A DNA stretch of 64,000 nucleotides from Candidatus Bathyarchaeota archaeon (GCA_963739305.1 CAVTZU010000023.1:32001-96000), one strand, 5' to 3'. Counted from the first letter of the stretch, positions 28,939 to 39,276 are shown. The notes: generated from the letters alone by a model not told the origin. A program made the numbers and translations.

Positions 28939-29693
28939 AAAGAATCCAAATAATCGCGGTTGAAGACTTACCCATCATAAAGACAGGAGACAAAATAGCC
29001 GAACTCATCTGCACTGCAGCTAAAAAACAGGGTACTCCACTACAAGATGGAGATGTCGTCGTGATCACCCACTGCATCGTCTCACGCGCCGAAGGAAACA
29101 TCGTTGACCTAGACACTGTTGTCCCATCCGAATTTGCAAAGGCAATTGCAGATCAATATGAAAAAGACCCAGCACTGGTTGAAACGGTTCTCCGCGAATC
29201 AAAGAGCATCGTCCGAATGGGTAACGGGAACCTCATAACAGAAACCAGACATGGGTTCATCTGCGCAAACTCTGGTGTAGATCGATCAAACGTTAATGGA
29301 GATAGAAAAGTCGCCCTGTTGCCGAAAAACCCGGATAAATCAGCACAAGCAATCAGAAAGGAAATCAAAAGGTCGACGAACTGTGATGTTGCCGTCATAA
29401 TCTCAGACACACATGGACGCGCATTAAGAATGGGTGAGATAAACGTGGCAGTAGGGTTGGCTGGCATAAAGCCGATAAGGGACAGAAGGGGAGAAAGAGA
29501 CCTGTTCGGGTATGTCTTGAGAGTGAAGCAAACTGCAATAGCAGACGAGCTTTGTTCTGCAGCAGAACTTGTCATAGGACAAGCAAACGAAGGGATACCT
29601 GTCGCAATAATCCGAGGATACAACTACCCAAGGTCTGAAGACGCGAGTGCGACAGAGCTAGTGCGACCGAAGGAAAAAGACCTGTTCATTTGA
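28935..29693 (+). CDS. cofE: Coenzyme F420-0:L-glutamate ligase
   Basis: IVSRAEG, ANSGVDRSN, IISDTHGR..R.G and ADEL..AAELV.GQ..EGIPV. Confidence 0.94.
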   Translation: MKRIQIIAVEDLPIIKTGDKIAELICTAAKKQGTPLQDGDVVVITHCIVSRAEGNIVDLDTVVPSEFAKAIADQYEKDPALVETVLRESKSIVRMGNGNLITETRHGFICANSGVDRSNVNGDRKVALLPKNPDKSAQAIRKEIKRSTNCDVAVIISDTHGRALRMGEINVAVGLAGIKPIRDRRGERDLFGYVLRVKQTAIADELCSAAELVIGQANEGIPVAIIRGYNYPRSEDASATELVRPKEKDLFI

Positions 29694-29729
29694 CTTTTGG
29701 AACAACGTTAGCTGAAGAAAAAACCGTTG

Positions 29730-30641
29730 TCACGCGATTATCTTGAAGAAGTCCCTTTCCGTGAATATCCCAACTAGCCTGCCATTCTTGACAACTGGAA
29801 CCGCTCCGATGTCCTTCTCCCGCATGATCTTTGCAGCTTGGCCAACATCGGTCTCGGGCTCCACTGTCCAAACGTTCTTTGATGCTATCTCAAGCGCGGG
29901 TGTCTCCAACACCTGGATCATCGTTCCCGACTTCAGATGCTTGAAAACGTCACCGCAGCCGAAGAAACGTATAATGTCCATCGCGGTCACTATACCCATG
30001 ACCTTGCCGTCAGAAACTATCGGCAGCCTTCTGAAACCTTGCGTTGTCATTGTTTTCTCAGCTTCAAAAATCGTGGTCTTCGGCAACGCTGTGACGACCT
30101 TCTCTGACATGAGCTGAGCCACTGTGACTCCGCTGGTTCTTTCGGCGAACAGAACCGCGATGTCTCTCTCGGTAACAATTGCCTTCAGGCAGTCTTTTTC
30201 ATCTACAACTGGCAAACCGCCGAGGTTAGACTCTTTCATCTTCTCGATGGCTTCACTGATCTTGGCCGAAGTCTTGATCGATACAACCTTCTGAGTCATA
30301 ATGAGCTTTATCGGCTCGTTCAAAGCCTTGAAAAAGTTTCCCCCGAACTTCTGCTGAATTATCTCAAACTTTTGCCCACCGCCAAGGTATTCAACTATGT
30401 CCGTGGCAGTCACGATGCCTTCCAAATGCTTGGTTCCAGGGTTAGTTATAGGAAGACGACGAAAACCCTCTTTCGCCATCTTCTGAATCGCGTCATAAAT
30501 TGGCGCAGTGGGCGAAACCATCGTCACAGGACTCTTCGCCACTGTAAGAATCTCGCCTTCATGTTTCTTGGAAGCACGAGCCTTCAAATCTAGTTGACCT
30601 GCTCCACGAAGCGTTCTCCTGAAGCTTTCCCTTTTCAACAA
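29730..30641 (-). CDS. CBS-domain protein (four CBS repeats)
   Basis: Repeated FRRLP.../GIVT..DI motifs. Confidence 0.9.
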   Translation of the reverse strand: MLKRESFRRTLRGAGQLDLKARASKKHEGEILTVAKSPVTMVSPTAPIYDAIQKMAKEGFRRLPITNPGTKHLEGIVTATDIVEYLGGGQKFEIIQQKFGGNFFKALNEPIKLIMTQKVVSIKTSAKISEAIEKMKESNLGGLPVVDEKDCLKAIVTERDIAVLFAERTSGVTVAQLMSEKVVTALPKTTIFEAEKTMTTQGFRRLPIVSDGKVMGIVTAMDIIRFFGCGDVFKHLKSGTMIQVLETPALEIASKNVWTVEPETDVGQAAKIMREKDIGAVPVVKNGRLVGIFTERDFFKIIA

Positions 30642-30654
30642 TTCTCCCTCTCAA

Positions 30655-31452
30655 TTAGCAAACCAGTTTTGCAACATCTTCCCGGTCCACGATACCAAGC
30701 AACTTTCCGTTTTTGTCTCTGACCGGAACCCGTCCTATATCTTTGGAAACCATCACTTTGGCAACTCTGATCACCTTAGTGGAAGGTTCCACAGCAACGA
30801 GGTTCGTCTTCATAATCGAAGATATTTTCGGCGAGTCCCTGAAGCGCCCCTTCCTCGACTCGAAAGCCGGCAACGTGGCTCCTGATTCTAGAAGATCCTT
30901 CATCGTAACGATGCCCACAAGCTTCCCATTCTTGACAACTGGTAGACCTGCAAAACGGGTTTCCGTCATCAACCGCCAGATGTCGTCAACTCCATCGTCC
31001 GGCGAACACGTCACAACCTTCTTTGTCATGATTTCAGAGACGTCTTTCAAGAACCTGTCCGGACTTGTCTTGATCAGAGCACCGATAAAACTGTCTAACC
31101 CCACAACGCCCCTGTATGTTTTGTCCTCGACGGACTCAACGACAGGTGCGTACCACGCGTCAACTTTAATCATGGCCCTGAAAGTTGAAGTTGCTTCATC
31201 TTCAACCGTTGCGACGTGTTTGGCAAGTGTCATTATTCCTTTTACCTTGATTGGTGAAACTGATGATGAGATTGTCATAACATCGCGGCGGGAAACCTTG
31301 CCCATCAGGAACTTGTTCGTATCCGTTACTGGAAGAATTCTCAGATCAAGATCTCGTATTAAGGCACGTGCCTTTGTTGCAAGGTCATCCTCATAAATCG
31401 AAGGATGCTTCTGATCCATAATTTCTTTGACACGCAAGCGATCCCCTCTCAC
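30655..31452 (-). CDS. CBS-domain protein (four CBS repeats)
   Basis: LPV...GIVT.KDL and GRVPV..GIVDREDV motifs. Confidence 0.9.
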   Translation of the reverse strand: MRGDRLRVKEIMDQKHPSIYEDDLATKARALIRDLDLRILPVTDTNKFLMGKVSRRDVMTISSSVSPIKVKGIMTLAKHVATVEDEATSTFRAMIKVDAWYAPVVESVEDKTYRGVVGLDSFIGALIKTSPDRFLKDVSEIMTKKVVTCSPDDGVDDIWRLMTETRFAGLPVVKNGKLVGIVTMKDLLESGATLPAFESRKGRFRDSPKISSIMKTNLVAVEPSTKVIRVAKVMVSKDIGRVPVRDKNGKLLGIVDREDVAKLVC

Positions 31453-32033
31453 TCCTCAGCTTCCAACTCAACCCTGCAATCTTCACAGTAGAATTGGCCA
31501 TCGATTTCCTTCAAATCGTCAGACCAAACTCCACAATGGTCGCAGTAACCAGCAAGAGGAGCATGCTCTTCTTCTGCTTCCTCAGCCATGTTTTCACCCT
31601 CAATTCTAGCCTTCTCCTGAGATGTCTCCAGCAACTCGGGCATGACGCTCAAAATATCCTTGTTTGAAACAATACCGACAAGCTTCTCTTTATACATGAC
31701 CGCCAAACGTCTAATATCTAACCTGCTCATTCTCCTTGCTGCTTCACTGATCGTTACGTCAGGTTCAACCGTCATTACGGGTGCAGTCATCACTTTGTTG
31801 GCCTTAACCGTGTCTGGTTTCTTGTTCTTCGCCAGAACTCTGACGACAAGATCCTTCTCAGTTATGATCCCGATTGGTTTTCCATCCTTGGTCGTCACGA
31901 TGATGCATCCGTAGTCATTTTTATCCATAAGACTGGCTACTTTGTTCGCAGTAGCACTCTCAAGCACAGTGACAGCTGGACTACTCATTACATCTTTGAC
32001 CAGCAGTTTCGATCTTAACCCCATTTCAGCCAT
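31449..32033 (-). CDS. CBS-pair protein with C-terminal zinc ribbon
   Basis: VKDVMS.P, GIITEKD, then GYCDHCG...YCEDC. Confidence 0.9.
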   Translation of the reverse strand: MAEMGLRSKLLVKDVMSSPAVTVLESATANKVASLMDKNDYGCIIVTTKDGKPIGIITEKDLVVRVLAKNKKPDTVKANKVMTAPVMTVEPDVTISEAARRMSRLDIRRLAVMYKEKLVGIVSNKDILSVMPELLETSQEKARIEGENMAEEAEEEHAPLAGYCDHCGVWSDDLKEIDGQFYCEDCRVELEAEE

Positions 32034-32203
32034 AGTTCTCGCCACGCAGATTGCCTTTTCCCAAATTAGGAATCGGGCTACACACTTCAAAAGAAAACCA
32101 TTGATTTAAAACTTGCCTTACTTTCGTTGTACACAAAGAACACTAAGCTCCCAAGTTTTATTAGAATCCTGATCTAAGGCAATAGACTGTTAAGTGATTA
32201 CAA

Positions 32204-33091
32204 ATGTTGAAAACAAACGAAGACAAACTGGTCAAAATCTCAGTTGTCGGTGAAGCGGTCAGCCCAACATTCAGAGACGTCTACAGAATATCGGCCGAAG
32301 GCAAACCCATGGTTTTGCCCGGCGTAGGTGGAATAACCTACAATATCAGAGTCGGCGATCTAGCATGTGGATGGCAAGCAGATCACGTTGAGCCTGGCGT
32401 AAGCGTCGAAAACAAAGAAAACGATCCACGATCCGGACAAGGCGCCAACACCGCCTTCAACGTCCTTTCATGCGTAGGAAACGAGGCAACCGTCATAACA
32501 GGCGAAGCAAAAGGCGCGAAAGGAGTCGTTACTGGAAAACATGGCGGCATAGAACACGTACTCATCGATGTTCAACCCGAAGTGATGAACAAGCTCGTCA
32601 TTGGCGACAAGTTCCTCGTCAAAGCCTTCGGCACCGGCTTGAAACTGCTTGACGCGCCCGAAGTCACTGTGATGAACCTCGACCCAGCATTCCTCAAAGC
32701 CATGAAACCCCAAATCAAGAAAAGCAAACTGGAAATCCCCGTCTCCCATATCGTTCCAGCCGCAACGATGGGCTCCGGACTGGGAGCAAATCAAACTTAC
32801 TCGGGAGACTATGACATTCAACTCTTCGACGAAAAGATCAGAAAACAGTTTGAACTAGACGACATACGGCTAGGCGAACTTGTAGCTATAATCGACGCCG
32901 ACCATACTTACGGCAGAATATACAGACAAGGAGCCATCTCCGTCGGTATCGTGGTCCACACCAACTGCGTCATCGCAGGCCACGGCCCAGGAGTCACAAC
33001 GCTGTTCACTTCAACTACAGGAAAAATCATCCCCAGAATCGATAAAAAAGCAAACATTGCTTCCATAATGAAACTCAGAAAGGACATCTAA
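32204..33091 (+). CDS. DUF4438-like conserved protein
   Basis: PGVGGITYN...DHVEPGVS, GKHGG, MGSGLG..DYDI and GHGPGVT. Confidence 0.8.
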   Translation: MLKTNEDKLVKISVVGEAVSPTFRDVYRISAEGKPMVLPGVGGITYNIRVGDLACGWQADHVEPGVSVENKENDPRSGQGANTAFNVLSCVGNEATVITGEAKGAKGVVTGKHGGIEHVLIDVQPEVMNKLVIGDKFLVKAFGTGLKLLDAPEVTVMNLDPAFLKAMKPQIKKSKLEIPVSHIVPAATMGSGLGANQTYSGDYDIQLFDEKIRKQFELDDIRLGELVAIIDADHTYGRIYRQGAISVGIVVHTNCVIAGHGPGVTTLFTSTTGKIIPRIDKKANIASIMKLRKDI

Positions 33092-33406
33092 CCCCCCGAT
33101 CCAACGCCAAAACATTGTACATAACAGTCTTCATAAAGGAAACGTCGAAAACTACCCCGAAAACCAAACGGCACCCCATCCACGGCCCCGACGACGCACC
33201 GTCCAGAAAAAACATATGACCAAGGGGTGCGCCCCTTTTGACTGCCAGCAATTCAGAGAGCGCGTGTTGAACAAGCCCTCTTTGACATTTCGTCTGGAAA
33301 CTTCATATGAAAGCCAAAGCGGGGAAAGCCGAATCTTTAGAACACATATATAAAGAAGAAAAGCAAACTGATTCCTTGAAGAAACAACTAGGAGTAAAAG
33401 AAAAAC

Positions 33407-33700
33407 TTGCCATTCAAACGAAAGAGCCGTGGAAGATCAAAAGGCGGCAAAGGAAGCAGCGGCGTCGTACAATGCGCAAGCTGCGGCTCCATGGTGCCCC
33501 GCGACAAAGCCAAGAAAGTCACAAGACGATACTCAATCGTCGACTACCAACTAGCAAAAGAACTGAGGCAAAAAGGCACATTCATCGCAACTCCCGCAAC
33601 AACAAAATACTACTGTGTGTCATGTGCAGTCCACCGCGGTGTAGTCAAAGTTAGGGCAGAAAACGAAAGAAGAATACGCACTCGCCCAAGAAGATTTTAG
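33407..33700 (+). CDS. rps26e: 30S ribosomal protein S26e
   Basis: KRKSRGRSK, VQCASCG..VPRDKAKK and YCVSCAVH..VVKVR. Confidence 0.95.
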   Translation: MPFKRKSRGRSKGGKGSSGVVQCASCGSMVPRDKAKKVTRRYSIVDYQLAKELRQKGTFIATPATTKYYCVSCAVHRGVVKVRAENERRIRTRPRRF

Positions 33701-33703
33701 ACC

Positions 33704-34324
33704 TCAGTCAACTACCTTTTTCTTTGTCTTAACAAACACATACGCACTTCTCTGCACCACGGTAAGGTTAGTCAAGACGGCAAGCAGAATCACAGCGGCG
33801 CTCATTACGTTCACGGGCTGCCAGAACACGCCGACCAAACCCGCAAGCACAAGCACCAATAATCGCTCAGCCCGCTCCGCAAGCCCAACTGACTCCATCT
33901 TTATCCCTGCTGCTTCAGCCCTCGCCCGACTGTAACTCACGAGCAAAGAGCCGATAATCGCAGCCAACCCCCAGTACAGAAACTCAGGAGCACATAATCC
34001 CCCGAAAATAATGCCACCGAAAACAACCGCATCAGCATACCTGTCCAAAAGAGAATCTAAGAAACCACCAAACACCGTCGCCTGACCAAAAATCCTCGCA
34101 ACCACACCGTCCAATGCATCACAAAACCCCGAAAACAAAAGAAGAATGGTCGCAACAAAAAGAAGACGCCAATCACCGCGCCAAAAAGCATAGACCAGCG
34201 CCGCCAAAAAGGCCAAAACCACCCCGATCACTGTTATGCCATTAGGTGTTAACCCAACCTTGTGAGCGAACTTAGCTTCAGCAACCAATAATCCTTGAAC
34301 CTTCTGCTTCAGCTTCGTCAGCAT
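33704..34324 (-). CDS. CDP-alcohol phosphatidyltransferase (archaetidylinositol phosphate synthase-like)
   Basis: TPN.IT, DALDG..AR...G.FLDS..DR and SY.RARAE. Confidence 0.9.
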   Translation of the reverse strand: MLTKLKQKVQGLLVAEAKFAHKVGLTPNGITVIGVVLAFLAALVYAFWRGDWRLLFVATILLLFSGFCDALDGVVARIFGQATVFGGFLDSLLDRYADAVVFGGIIFGGLCAPEFLYWGLAAIIGSLLVSYSRARAEAAGIKMESVGLAERAERLLVLVLAGLVGVFWQPVNVMSAAVILLAVLTNLTVVQRSAYVFVKTKKKVVD

Positions 34325-34386
34325 CGATTGTGGTTACCCCAATAATTCTTATTAAAGCGTGAATATGCTATCTCTCAAGTTAAAAG

Positions 34387-34689
34387 GTGTTTGCCATGAT
34401 CAACGTCACAACAATCAAAGTTGACGGAAAAACCTGCATGGGCTTACGCACCGACTTACCTGACAGCCCACCACTACTACTTATAACAGGCGAAAAAGGC
34501 TTCGTAATGTGCGGCTTCCTCAACATAGAAAGCGCAGAAAAACTAGCGGTGGCAGCCGCAGTCATCAGCGGAGTAAAAACCTTTGAAGACGTTCTCAACG
34601 GTCAAGTGAAAGCGGCGACGACGAAAGCCAAGAGCCTAGGCGTCGAAGTCGGAATGAAAGGAATCGACGCACTCAAACACATGTTTTGA
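34387..34689 (+). CDS. DUF1805 (YunC-like) protein
   Basis: KGFVMCGFLN...AA..SGVK.FED.L...A..LGV..GM.G pattern. Confidence 0.85.
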   Translation: MFAMINVTTIKVDGKTCMGLRTDLPDSPPLLLITGEKGFVMCGFLNIESAEKLAVAAAVISGVKTFEDVLNGQVKAATTKAKSLGVEVGMKGIDALKHMF

Positions 34690-34717
34690 AAAACCAATCT
34701 CTGAGGCTTTCGTAGAA

Positions 34718-35344
34718 ATGAGATCAAGCGATATGAGCTACACATATTCCAACGATGAACTTCTTGACGGTGTTGCCGCCGAAGTTGTAATCTGCACTAA
34801 ATGTGACCTTTGGAAAAATCGAAGAAAAGCAGTCCCCGGAATCGGAAAAACCAACACCGGAATATTCTTGGTCGGTGAAGCCCCTGGTCAATCTGAAGAC
34901 AACGTAGGCGAACCGTTCGTAGGGTCAGCAGGCAAATTTCTCGACGAATTGCTAGCCGAAATCGGGCTTACAAGAAAGGACGTTTTCATAACCAACATCG
35001 TGAAGTGCAGACCGCCCGAAAACCGCGACCCGCAACCAAACGAAATCGAAACCTGCACACCCTACATCAACAGACAGATAGGCATCATTCAGCCGAAATT
35101 TATTATTACCCTGGGCAAACACTCAACATCATACATTTTCTCAAAAACTAGTCTCACCTTTCGCAGCATAAGCCAAGCACGCGGAAAAGTCTATGAAACC
35201 TCAATTCTCGGAATGAAAATCACGGTCTTTCCAACCTTCCACCCAGCAGCCGCACTCTACAACGCACAGTACAAGACTCAGTTACTTGAAGATTTCAAAC
35301 AAATAAGAAATGAACTCTTGAAAAGAGGTCTCATCGACCGTTAG
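34718..35344 (+). CDS. udg: Family 4 uracil-DNA glycosylase ([4Fe-4S])
   Basis: CxxC, VGEAPG, PFVG.AG, NIVKCRPP.NR.P and FHPAA. Confidence 0.93.
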   Translation: MRSSDMSYTYSNDELLDGVAAEVVICTKCDLWKNRRKAVPGIGKTNTGIFLVGEAPGQSEDNVGEPFVGSAGKFLDELLAEIGLTRKDVFITNIVKCRPPENRDPQPNEIETCTPYINRQIGIIQPKFIITLGKHSTSYIFSKTSLTFRSISQARGKVYETSILGMKITVFPTFHPAAALYNAQYKTQLLEDFKQIRNELLKRGLIDR

Positions 35345-35370
35345 CCCGATCTCGGCTACTAGAGCCCGTT

Positions 35371-36141
35371 CTACGCGCTCACGGGCGGCGGTGGACGCAC
35401 AGATCTGCCGAGTTTTCTTCTCAAGGCAATACGGTAAAGCTTTCTCAGGGATTTCACCAGACGGTCAACGCTCGGCAAACCGGAAAATATCAAGGGAATT
35501 CCGTCATATTCCGCAAGTCTTATAGAATAATCGTCGGGCTGAACTCCGTGAAAGATCACGACGCGAGGCTTTAAACTACTGACCCGTACGATTAGCATCG
35601 GAGTAACACCATTCTCTATGTTGGTGAAAACCAACGCTCGTTCAGTGGTTGCGCCAAAAAGCTGTGAGAATTCCGGCCCTGAAAGCGTCTCGATAGCTTT
35701 CTGACTGTCAACCACAGTGTATCCATTGATCTCACGAACGTACCTGTCCATGCAAGCTGTGACTTTCCCCTCGATAGCCTTGCACAAATACTCAACCCGG
35801 ACAGGCAGAGGAAACTCGCGTAGGTCAACTATAGCGTTGCTCGGAGAACTTGTCAGTTTGGCGAACTCATGCGTAAAACGGCTGCCACGTTCTTCATCAA
35901 TTTTCAGCAGAGCCCACACGAATCGTCTCACAAATCTGGCTCCAGGGCTGGGACGTCTACCACTCTCATAATCGCTGATGACAGACGAGGAAACAACCAT
36001 CTTGTCGGAGAGGCTCATCTGAGAAACAGCAAAAAGCTCACGCCACTTTCGCATAGTTGCTCCTGGCTTGTTAGAGAGAATAATCTCACCCGCAATTCTT
36101 CTTGCAAGAACGGATTCACGAGCGCTCGGAGACGTAGCCAT
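35371..36141 (-). CDS. XRE-HTH transcriptional regulator (COG1709-like)
   Basis: RIAGEI.LS..PG..MRKWRE.F, SVISDYESGRR.SPG and G.TTERALVFT. Confidence 0.85.
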   Translation of the reverse strand: MATSPSARESVLARRIAGEIILSNKPGATMRKWRELFAVSQMSLSDKMVVSSSVISDYESGRRPSPGARFVRRFVWALLKIDEERGSRFTHEFAKLTSSPSNAIVDLREFPLPVRVEYLCKAIEGKVTACMDRYVREINGYTVVDSQKAIETLSGPEFSQLFGATTERALVFTNIENGVTPMLIVRVSSLKPRVVIFHGVQPDDYSIRLAEYDGIPLIFSGLPSVDRLVKSLRKLYRIALRRKLGRSVRPPPPVSA

Positions 36142-36229
36142 GCAGCTTCTACCTTTAAGGCTTGATTAAGCTCCCTCTAGAAAGAAGGGCACTATAAAAA
36201 CCTATACGGGACGCCAAAATACGGTCATT

Positions 36230-37123
36230 TCAGGCAAGAAAAAGCAGAAAAATACCCATTACGATCAATATTGAACCCGCGAAATTGCGAACAGTGGCCT
36301 TTTCATGCAGAAAAAGCATGGCCGCCAGCGTTGAAAATAGCGGTGTAGTTGAAGATATTGGAACCGTTCGAGCTTGAGAAGTTACCGCAAAGCTGTACGC
36401 CAAAAAGAACCAGCCCAACCCCAATGCGAAAAGTCCGCCAATAATAGAGGCAGCAACAGTCTTTCTTCCCACTTTTAAAAATTGCATTCGCCTGTCAACA
36501 ATGGGAGAAACCGCTAGCAAAAGACCCCCGATAGTTGCCACTCGGACGGTGCTTATGGTCAAAGCGTGATCCAGGTCGGGGGCGCTTTTCACTGCAAGAT
36601 CCATCAATGAAATACTAATCGACCAAAGAACAGCTGTGGCAACGGCAATACAAACACTGAGCATCAGCGCCTTCTTCTTTGCCTCTGTTGCCCTTGCCTG
36701 AACATCGTGACTCAGGATCAGAATTCCAAGAACAATCACGACTGCTCCAATCATTACCGAGATTGTAATCTGCTCGCCAAACATGAGAGCCCACAATAGA
36801 CTGAACAAAGGATAGGTGCACGTTATGGGAACAGCTCGTGAAACACCTATGGACTTCAGACTCATAAGATACATAGTATCGCCCACCCCCAAACCGATTA
36901 TCCCGCTGACAGCTGTCAGAACAAAAAGCTCCCAAGACATACCAGTCAACACGCCAAACCTGCCAATTGCCACCACGACGAGAAGCAGAATTGAGCCCGT
37001 CAAGGCGAGACGGATGATGTTCGCTGATATTGGCTTTGCCCCTTCCAGTGCCTTCTTGTAAAACAGCGCCGACACAGCCCAACTGATCGCGGCGCCCAAC
37101 GCTGCCAGTTCACCAATCATCAA
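36230..37123 (-). CDS. DMT/EamA family transporter
   Basis: Ten TM helices; GLGVGD...GVSRA.PI..TYPLF. Confidence 0.9.
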   Translation of the reverse strand: MMIGELAALGAAISWAVSALFYKKALEGAKPISANIIRLALTGSILLLVVVAIGRFGVLTGMSWELFVLTAVSGIIGLGVGDTMYLMSLKSIGVSRAVPITCTYPLFSLLWALMFGEQITISVMIGAVVIVLGILILSHDVQARATEAKKKALMLSVCIAVATAVLWSISISLMDLAVKSAPDLDHALTISTVRVATIGGLLLAVSPIVDRRMQFLKVGRKTVAASIIGGLFALGLGWFFLAYSFAVTSQARTVPISSTTPLFSTLAAMLFLHEKATVRNFAGSILIVMGIFLLFLA

Positions 37124-37204
37124 CTAGACCGCTTAACCAGCCATTCAGCTTGAAGCTATTAAATATTAAAGAATGAAGAATAGAAATCGTATGGTGTTCG
37201 ACGC

Positions 37205-37936
37205 ATGCAAATTGAGGTGAAGTGGAGTCCTGATGTCTCATCAAAGTTTCAGGATCTCGCGATATGTATAGGTACTTCAGAAGGAGTGTGCATTCAAAAA
37301 GACAATGAACAGCTCCGCAGACTCAAACAAATAGTTTACGAACAAGTGAAAAGCGAGCATGAAATTGATCGGCTGAAAGAAAATTCGACGGTTAGAGCCT
37401 TCAGAGACTTCTATTGGAGATTGCATATAGACCCAACAAAAACAAGACCTTCCGGCGAAGCTTTGCTCAGAAGAGTCCTACATGGCGAGGAGCTTCCCGG
37501 TATTTCCAATGTTGTGGATGCTTACAACCTAGCCTCTGTGAAAACGATAATTCCCATCAGTGGTTTCGACCTTGATCGTCTTGCTCCTCAATTTCAGGTT
37601 CGTTTTGCAGGAGAGAGCGAGTCCTTCACGGGCATTGGAATGAAGACGCCCATACTTCTAAAAAGCAACATGCTCGTTCTGGCAGACGTAAAACGAGTCC
37701 TATGCATATATCCATATCGAGATTGTGACCACACGAAAATAGCAATGACAACTCGAAACGTGGAAGTAGTTGGGTACGGCGCGCCCGGAATATCTCCGAA
37801 ACAAGTTAGACAAGCAGTAGAAACCGCGCTCTCGTTCATAACGAGCGTGGCAGGAGGAAGAATAGTCGAAACAAAGGTATTCTACAGCAGATCTGAGTAT
37901 TTAGAAAATTCTCAAACCAGATTGCTGCTTGAGTAA
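37205..37936 (+). CDS. Stand-alone B3/B4 (tRNA-editing-like) domain protein
   Basis: FRDFYWR..IDPTKTRPSGEALLRR and VVDAYNLAS...PIS.FD. Confidence 0.88.
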   Translation: MQIEVKWSPDVSSKFQDLAICIGTSEGVCIQKDNEQLRRLKQIVYEQVKSEHEIDRLKENSTVRAFRDFYWRLHIDPTKTRPSGEALLRRVLHGEELPGISNVVDAYNLASVKTIIPISGFDLDRLAPQFQVRFAGESESFTGIGMKTPILLKSNMLVLADVKRVLCIYPYRDCDHTKIAMTTRNVEVVGYGAPGISPKQVRQAVETALSFITSVAGGRIVETKVFYSRSEYLENSQTRLLLE

Positions 37937-38382
37937 TAGAGAAAAGGCAAGGCAAGCAAAATCGTGTTACGCCCCTTCGCGGTCAAAGAGTACCCGACTC
38001 TGAGGGGGGGTCCCTGATCAACGGACCTGCTGATGAACTCGTATTTACCCAGAATCTTGAGTTTGTCAGACAAAGTTCGAGAATTCACTCTGAGTATCTT
38101 TTTGAGCTCCCCAAATCCAGTTTTCTCTCTCAGAAACAGTATGTACAGGATTTGAAGGTTCCATTTCTGAGACAGAAGCTCAAAACTCGACTCGAGTCCT
38201 TGTATAGTTTCCTTCAATTCCCCGAGCCCAAGCTTTTGCGTTCCGAATATTTGCAGCAATGTCTGCTCTATGCCTTCCAAGTTACTCTTCATTCGAGACT
38301 CGACCAGCTTTCTAAGCTCATTACTCAACACACCTGAAGGCTTCACTTTGCTCACTCGTTTATCACCCTTCAAATGAAACAT
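37912..38382 (-). CDS. HxlR-family winged-HTH regulator
   Basis: KW..QILY.L...F.EL...NSRTLSDKLK.L...PP.RV.YSLT.KG. Confidence 0.88.
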   Translation of the reverse strand: MFHLKGDKRVSKVKPSGVLSNELRKLVESRMKSNLEGIEQTLLQIFGTQKLGLGELKETIQGLESSFELLSQKWNLQILYILFLREKTGFGELKKILRVNSRTLSDKLKILGKYEFISRSVDQGPPLRVGYSLTAKGRNTILLALPFLYYSSSNLV

Positions 38383-38476
38383 TGTTGAGTTTAACTATTA
38401 AATCTAGTGTGAAAAACACACCAAAACTGTGCAAAAGCGTTTTTAGTTCACGGAACAATGAAGGAAAGGTGCCAAA

Positions 38477-39247
38477 TTGCCTTTTCGAATTGAAATGGAA
38501 AAAGTTTCCCAAGAAATGGACTCCGACATAATATTGGCATTTGACTTCCCCTTCGAGAAACCCGAAAACCGAAAGATCCTGTTCGCCAGAGCGAAACGAG
38601 TTCTGGATGCTGTTCATCCATACATTTGCGCTGTGAAGTTCAACCACCACCTGGTACTCCCATTAGGAGCATTTGACGGAGTTCAGAAACTCGTTGAAAC
38701 AGCGCAGAAGAAGGGTATCTTGACCATAATGGATTGCAAAGCAAACGATATTGGATCCACAAACGCCATAATTGCAGAATACTACTATTCCGCCGGGTTT
38801 GACGCCCTGATTGCAAATCCTTTCATAGGATGGGAAGATGGGTTGAAACCCATTTTTGACGTCGCACGTCGAATGGATCGAGGCGTGATTCTTCTAGTGT
38901 ACATGAGTCACAAAGGGGCGGTTGAAGGCTACGGACAAACAGTAATCGAAATGGAAAACGGAGCAAAAACGCCGCAATACATTTTGTTCGCTAAGAAAGC
39001 AATGAAATATGGTGCAGATGGAGCGGTAGTCGGAGCGACTTATCCCGAAAAAATAAAGGAGATACACGAAATATTGGGCAAGAAAGTACCAATCTATTCC
39101 CCAGGAATAGGCGCACAGGGAGCAACGATCGAACCCGCTGTCAAAGCTGGGTCTCGTTACTTGATTGTTGGAAGGGAGATAACGCTTTCAGAGAATCCTT
39201 CTGAGACCGCCAAGAAAATGAGAGATCTCGCCAGATCCGTAAAATAG
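38477..39247 (+). CDS. pyrF: Orotidine-5'-phosphate decarboxylase
   Basis: DCKANDIG.T, MSH, VVGAT, SPGIGAQG and IVGR. Confidence 0.93.
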   Translation: MPFRIEMEKVSQEMDSDIILAFDFPFEKPENRKILFARAKRVLDAVHPYICAVKFNHHLVLPLGAFDGVQKLVETAQKKGILTIMDCKANDIGSTNAIIAEYYYSAGFDALIANPFIGWEDGLKPIFDVARRMDRGVILLVYMSHKGAVEGYGQTVIEMENGAKTPQYILFAKKAMKYGADGAVVGATYPEKIKEIHEILGKKVPIYSPGIGAQGATIEPAVKAGSRYLIVGREITLSENPSETAKKMRDLARSVK

Positions 39248-39276
39248 ACCGACCCGAACAATCTACGAGAAAACCT

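Noticed and set aside
9728-29693. hdrABC plus cofDE as evidence of methanogenesis
   Set aside because: No mcr or mtr in the window; these genes are widespread in non-methanogens
30713-31396. Long antisense ORFs (also 7933-8517, 6153-6686, 44505-45038, 53618-54166)
   Set aside because: Shadow frames opposite well-supported genes, with no motifs of their own
32128-33121. Isolated TGTACA hexamers at 32128 and 33116 as additional TrpY sites
   Set aside because: Single unphased hexamers are expected by chance every few kb
33092-33400. C/A-rich spacer with hairpin AAGGGG-TGCG-CCCCTT (33222-33237) as tRNA or ncRNA
   Set aside because: No cloverleaf, T-loop or C/D box pattern found; at most a terminator-like hairpin
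33307-33654. 115-aa basic ORF overlapping rps26e
   Set aside because: Alternative frame of an unambiguous ribosomal protein gene
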